Assembly (NCBI GenBank): GCA_965222225.1
Contig: CBDCTK010000002.1
Coordinates: forward strand, 3,808,001-3,872,000
Reading direction: 5' to 3'
DNA: 64,000 nt
Source: Candidatus Poribacteria bacterium
Lineage (GTDB): Bacteria > Poribacteria > WGA-4E > JAJDTR01
The notes beneath the pieces were generated by a model that searched no databases, had not been told where the DNA came from, and saw only the letters and a list, made by a program, of their open reading frames with translations. This document shows positions 60,410 through 64,000 of the stretch, piece by piece. Made by a program: the position numbers and the translations under genes. Every line of letters starts with the position of its first letter. Within the stretch, counting starts at the first letter, position 1.

Positions 60410-60480
60410 GGATCTCTATCAATCAACTGACCGAACAAGGAAGGCGATAGAAAATCCCACTCCCTATCCATCGTTTGATC
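60410..60480. repeat. Forward micro-element (60421-60458) nested in a reverse one
   Basis: GGATCTCTATC[AATCAA...ATCCC]ACTCCCTATCCATCGTTTGATC. Confidence 0.85.
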
Positions 60481-60546
60481 CCCGACAGAAGGCGCGAAAA
60501 AATTCGCTACTACGGACCGAGCAGTTAGGGAGTGCGCCGAGCAGGG

Positions 60547-61224
60547 CTAGGATTTGATGACTTGATTATGGGAGTGTGTTCCCCGAACTGAAACGAGTGG
60601 GTAAACCAAGCATCGTTTGCCAAGAAGTGTACCGGGATTCAAAACCGAATTGCATCCGACTTGTGTACCGTCGTCGATGATTGCGCCGAGTTTCTGCTGC
60701 CCGGTCGGGTATCGGTTTCCATCAAGATCTCGAATCGTGACCTCAGTCTTTACGATCTTCTTGTTCGAGAGTTTTGTGCCTGCCCCCAGATTCACGTCGG
60801 AACCGAGTATCGAATCGCCGATGTAATTCCAATGGCTCACGCTAACACCGTCCATCAGTATGGAATGTTTAACCTCGGTTGAATGGCCAATGATGCAGTT
60901 TCTACCGATTACGGCATGGTCACGAACATACGCCCCATGCCGAATCTCTGCCCCATCACCAATGATCGCCGGACCCTTGATATAGGCGTTCGGTTCGACG
61001 ACCACGTTTTTTCCGAGAATCACATCCTGCCCGACAACCGCCCCCTGCATGACATGCGCACCGGGAGACGACGATAATTTCGCCACTTTGCCGGTGATGT
61101 ATTCCTCCAGTCGAAGCAGCGCCTCCCAGACATAGACATCCCCATCAAATAGTTCGCGATGCTCAAACCGGGCAAGTTCAAAAAGAGCCTCGGGAAACAC
61201 TATCCCTCGGGAATGGGCTGGCAT
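60547..61224 (-). CDS. Left-handed beta-helix acetyltransferase (stand-alone GlmU C-terminal-like)
   Basis: Hexapeptide repeats; GHSTEVKHS, HWNYIGDSILG..VNLGAGT, KLGAII, VGCNSVLNPG; follows glmS. Confidence 0.8.
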   Translation of the reverse strand: MPAHSRGIVFPEALFELARFEHRELFDGDVYVWEALLRLEEYITGKVAKLSSSPGAHVMQGAVVGQDVILGKNVVVEPNAYIKGPAIIGDGAEIRHGAYVRDHAVIGRNCIIGHSTEVKHSILMDGVSVSHWNYIGDSILGSDVNLGAGTKLSNKKIVKTEVTIRDLDGNRYPTGQQKLGAIIDDGTQVGCNSVLNPGTLLGKRCLVYPLVSVRGTHSHNQVIKS

Positions 61225-61235
61225 GCCGTCTCCTC

Positions 61236-63017
61236 TTATTCGACGGTAACGCTCTTGGCAAGGTTACGTGGCTGATCAACGTCTAGTCCTCGGTGCACGG
61301 CAACGTAATAGGCGAACAGTTGGAACGCCACGGCAATGAGAATCGGGCTGGCGAATTCGTGAATTTGGGGCAGGTAAATGGTATCTTGGATCAATCCCTC
61401 AATCTCCAAATCGCCTTTCGTCGCAATCGCGATAATCCTTCCTTTTCGCGCGTGAACTTCTTGAATGTTGGATAGCATTTTTTCGTGAACATCCGACTCC
61501 GATACGATGCAGACGACGGGCATGTCCTCATCGATCAGTGCAATGGCGCCATGCTTCATCTCTCCGGCGGGATACCCCTCGGCATGGATATAGGAGATTT
61601 CCTTGAGCTTGAGCGCTCCCTCTAGCGCGCTAGGGTAGTTGATATGCCGCCCAAGATAGAGAAAATGATTGAATGTCAAGTAGCGTTTTGCGATGTGTTC
61701 GATAGAAGCGGATTGGGTCAGAACCTTCTCAACTTGCGCCGGCAAATTGAGTATGTCGTGTAGGAGCGCTTCGGTCCCATCGACACCAAGAAGCTGCCGC
61801 AGGTGTGCCACGTAAATCGCGAAGAGGGAGAGAACGGCGTACATGTTGATGGTGACATCGACCTCCCGCGTAATGGAGCTGCCGATGACGTTGGTTATCG
61901 CGATTGTCGTCGCGCCGTGCTCTTTGGCGTAGCGAACCGCCGCCAGCGTGTCGGTGGTTTCACCGGACTGAGAAATCGCAACGACTAGTGTACGGGGGGT
62001 GATGACTGGTGAACTGTATCGAAATTCGCTCGACATATCTACCGACGCAGGGATGCGAGCGAACTTTTCGATGGTGTATTTTCCGACAAAACCTGCGTGA
62101 TATGCCGTGCCGCAACCGAGGAAAACAATCTGATTAATCTTATCGGGATTCCCAAGGCTGTCGCGGAGAAGTTCGAGCTCCGGGAAAACGACCCTGCCTG
62201 CTTGGATGCGTTCACTGGTGGTTTGCCGCAGGGAACTCGGCTGTTCCATGATTTCTTTAATCATGAAATGGGGATATCCCTCTTTTTGAACTTGCGATAT
62301 GTCCCAATTAACAGTCGTAGCGGTGCGTTGAATCGACTTACCGGTTAACGTTGAGATTCGAACGCTATCCATAGTGATGTCAACAATCTCATCATCTTCA
62401 ACGTAAACGACTTCGTTGGTATGCTCAAGCATTGCCGTGACATCACTCGCAACAAGGAACTCATCCGTTCCGAGTCCAATCAACAGCGGGCTGCCTTTTC
62501 GTGCGGCGACCATGCACGTCGGTTCGTTTGCCGAGATAACGGCGATTGCGTAATTTCCTTCAACCTGCTGCAAGGCACGTTGAATCGCTTGAAGGAGGTT
62601 GCCTTTGTAGAAACTCGCTATCAGATGGGGCAGCACCTCCGAGTCGGTTTCAGATTGAAATCGGTGCCCGGCGGCTTCGAGATATGTCTTGATGTGGCGA
62701 ACATTCTCAATGATTCCGTTATGTACGACCGCAATCTCTTTATTTGAATCGAAATGCGGATGGGCGTTTATTTTATTCGGGATGCCGTGCGTAGCCCATC
62801 GGGTGTGTCCTATGCCAACATTCCCGATGCACTGCTCCGATTGAAGTTGATCGACTAACTGTCCCAGTTTTCCCTGCGACTTCTGAACGAATATCCCGGC
62901 ATCATTGAGAACCGCGAGACCTGCGGAATCGTATCCGCGGTACTCCAACCGGCGTAAGCCGCCAATAAGAATGTCCGTGGCTTGCCGTTTACCGATGTAT
63001 CCGATAATGCCACACAT
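61236..63017 (-). CDS. glmS: Glutamine-fructose-6-phosphate transaminase with an internal in-frame deletion
   Basis: MCGIIG, LEYRGYDSAG, GHTRWATHG, SQSGET, EGALKLKEISY, DQPRNLAKSVTVE. Confidence 0.93.
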   Translation of the reverse strand: MCGIIGYIGKRQATDILIGGLRRLEYRGYDSAGLAVLNDAGIFVQKSQGKLGQLVDQLQSEQCIGNVGIGHTRWATHGIPNKINAHPHFDSNKEIAVVHNGIIENVRHIKTYLEAAGHRFQSETDSEVLPHLIASFYKGNLLQAIQRALQQVEGNYAIAVISANEPTCMVAARKGSPLLIGLGTDEFLVASDVTAMLEHTNEVVYVEDDEIVDITMDSVRISTLTGKSIQRTATTVNWDISQVQKEGYPHFMIKEIMEQPSSLRQTTSERIQAGRVVFPELELLRDSLGNPDKINQIVFLGCGTAYHAGFVGKYTIEKFARIPASVDMSSEFRYSSPVITPRTLVVAISQSGETTDTLAAVRYAKEHGATTIAITNVIGSSITREVDVTINMYAVLSLFAIYVAHLRQLLGVDGTEALLHDILNLPAQVEKVLTQSASIEHIAKRYLTFNHFLYLGRHINYPSALEGALKLKEISYIHAEGYPAGEMKHGAIALIDEDMPVVCIVSESDVHEKMLSNIQEVHARKGRIIAIATKGDLEIEGLIQDTIYLPQIHEFASPILIAVAFQLFAYYVAVHRGLDVDQPRNLAKSVTVE

Positions 63018-63563
63018 TTTTTGCTCCTTTGCGCCTAGCATAAAGCGCCCTGTTTTCTTGGGGAGCCGCTACAACTCCGCACAAAAAGAACGACGGACAA
63101 AACACGATTGCAGACTCACCTAAATTCTCTCCTGCGGTGTTCCTTTGAGCCGAATATACGCAAATGCGCTTATGGAGATTTTGAGCAAACGCCATGCCAA
63201 CTGTTTCGGATGGGTGGGGACAACTTTAAGCTGCACGGATCCAATCTTTCATAGGTCGAGAATGCGCGGAGCGCCCGCTCTTTGCGCATATATGCGCCCG
63301 CGACTCATCTTTTCGGCACAACTCCGAAATTGCTACTTCCTACACGTTTTAAACCCGTTGATACTGTGGCAAATTTTCACAGTATCCGTTTGGACACGCC
63401 TCAATCCCGCATCTTGGGATTGGAAGGATGGAAGCGTAGAAGGTTGGAAGATTCGCTTCCATACCTCCTCAATCCTCTGCAGCGAAAGGTTGAGCATTCC
63501 AACCTTGATGGAAAACCGATGGATTTTCAATGGGGAGCAAATCAGGTTATATAGCCAGCTATT

Positions 63564-63971
63564 CTACAATTCAATTGGAGGACGGTTGAAACGAGAACGA
63601 ATTCTGTTTAGCGTGTTCAGCACGAGCGGACGAGCAATCAGCTTGCGTTCCAATTTTTGCTTGCCGGGAAAATCGCAAAGAATGACACCCACGAGAATGG
63701 CGGCGGTACCTTGACCGGGCGTGAATAACATTACCACCCCCGCGATCAAGGCAATCACACCGATGACGTTTTTCAGAACTCGCAGAGAACTTCTGAGAAT
63801 GGGGTTTTTTATGCGATTTATATGAGCTTTGTGCCTGAAATAGTCCGGAGGGAGGGAGATGATGAATGCGGAGAAGCCTATGACAGTTAAGATTGCCGTC
63901 AGAGCGGAGAGAATGACAATCCAGAGCCAGTATTTTAGAGCCCAAGCAACGATGAGTTTAATTACAGACAA
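63564..63971 (-). CDS. PGPGW-type small membrane protein
   Basis: LPPDYF, GVVMLFTPGQG, DFPGK..LERKL. Confidence 0.75.
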   Translation of the reverse strand: MSVIKLIVAWALKYWLWIVILSALTAILTVIGFSAFIISLPPDYFRHKAHINRIKNPILRSSLRVLKNVIGVIALIAGVVMLFTPGQGTAAILVGVILCDFPGKQKLERKLIARPLVLNTLNRIRSRFNRPPIEL

Positions 63972-64000
63972 TAACCTGTTCCTGATTTGACAACCCGATA

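Noticed and set aside
59593-60471. Long antisense ORFs (e.g. 292 aa here, 285 aa at 25776, 247 aa at 48066)
   Set aside because: Shadow frames of well-supported genes on the opposite strand.
24431-60480. Micro-element nests or REP clusters as a CRISPR array
   Set aside because: No regular repeat-spacer periodicity, no leader and no cas genes; units are dispersed and nested.
24431-60480. Micro-element variability as DGR adenine mutagenesis
   Set aside because: No reverse transcriptase or TR/VR pair in the window, and the variable positions covary by base pairing, which DGR mutagenesis would not produce.
63020-63330. glmS ribozyme
   Set aside because: Core AGCGCC...GACGAG motifs not found on the glmS sense strand.
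63415-63455. GGAAG-rich short repeats (also ~4130 and ~27895)
   Set aside because: Low-complexity degenerate pentamers with no structure I can support.
1-64000. tRNA or rRNA genes
   Set aside because: No cloverleaf with T-arm consensus or rRNA signature recognised by eye; a tRNAscan/Infernal run is needed to exclude them.

Overview
Bacterial chromosomal window that looks like Candidatus Poribacteria. This is inferred from repeated C-terminal 'AVxPxxKxxTxWGxLK' motifs, 'NFPNPFNPETW' sorting domains, and many PhyH, sulfatase, TolB and FG-GAP genes. The first ~23 kb and last ~3.5 kb are mostly housekeeping or envelope genes: dnaE2 end, thrB, an aminotransferase, a PorV-like barrel, pcm, sppA, a UGA-containing DUF3179 selenoprotein, an ArsS-type radical SAM, mmsA, and glmS with an internal deletion. 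The 23-60 kb region holds tandem paralogous catabolic and secreted-protein genes, a RAYT (REP-associated tyrosine transposase), several REP/REPIN families and two MITE families. The main unexplained signal is a ~37-nt micro-element, GATCAA-NN-GA-NN-G(A/G)ATA-NN-GA-NN-GCGATAG-NN(N)-ATCCC, with about 20 units at 13 intergenic loci. Its variable dinucleotides differ between copies but covary as a hairpin containing tandem G.A pairs. It inserts without target duplication into REP hairpins and into copies of itself. All coordinates and tallies were read by eye.
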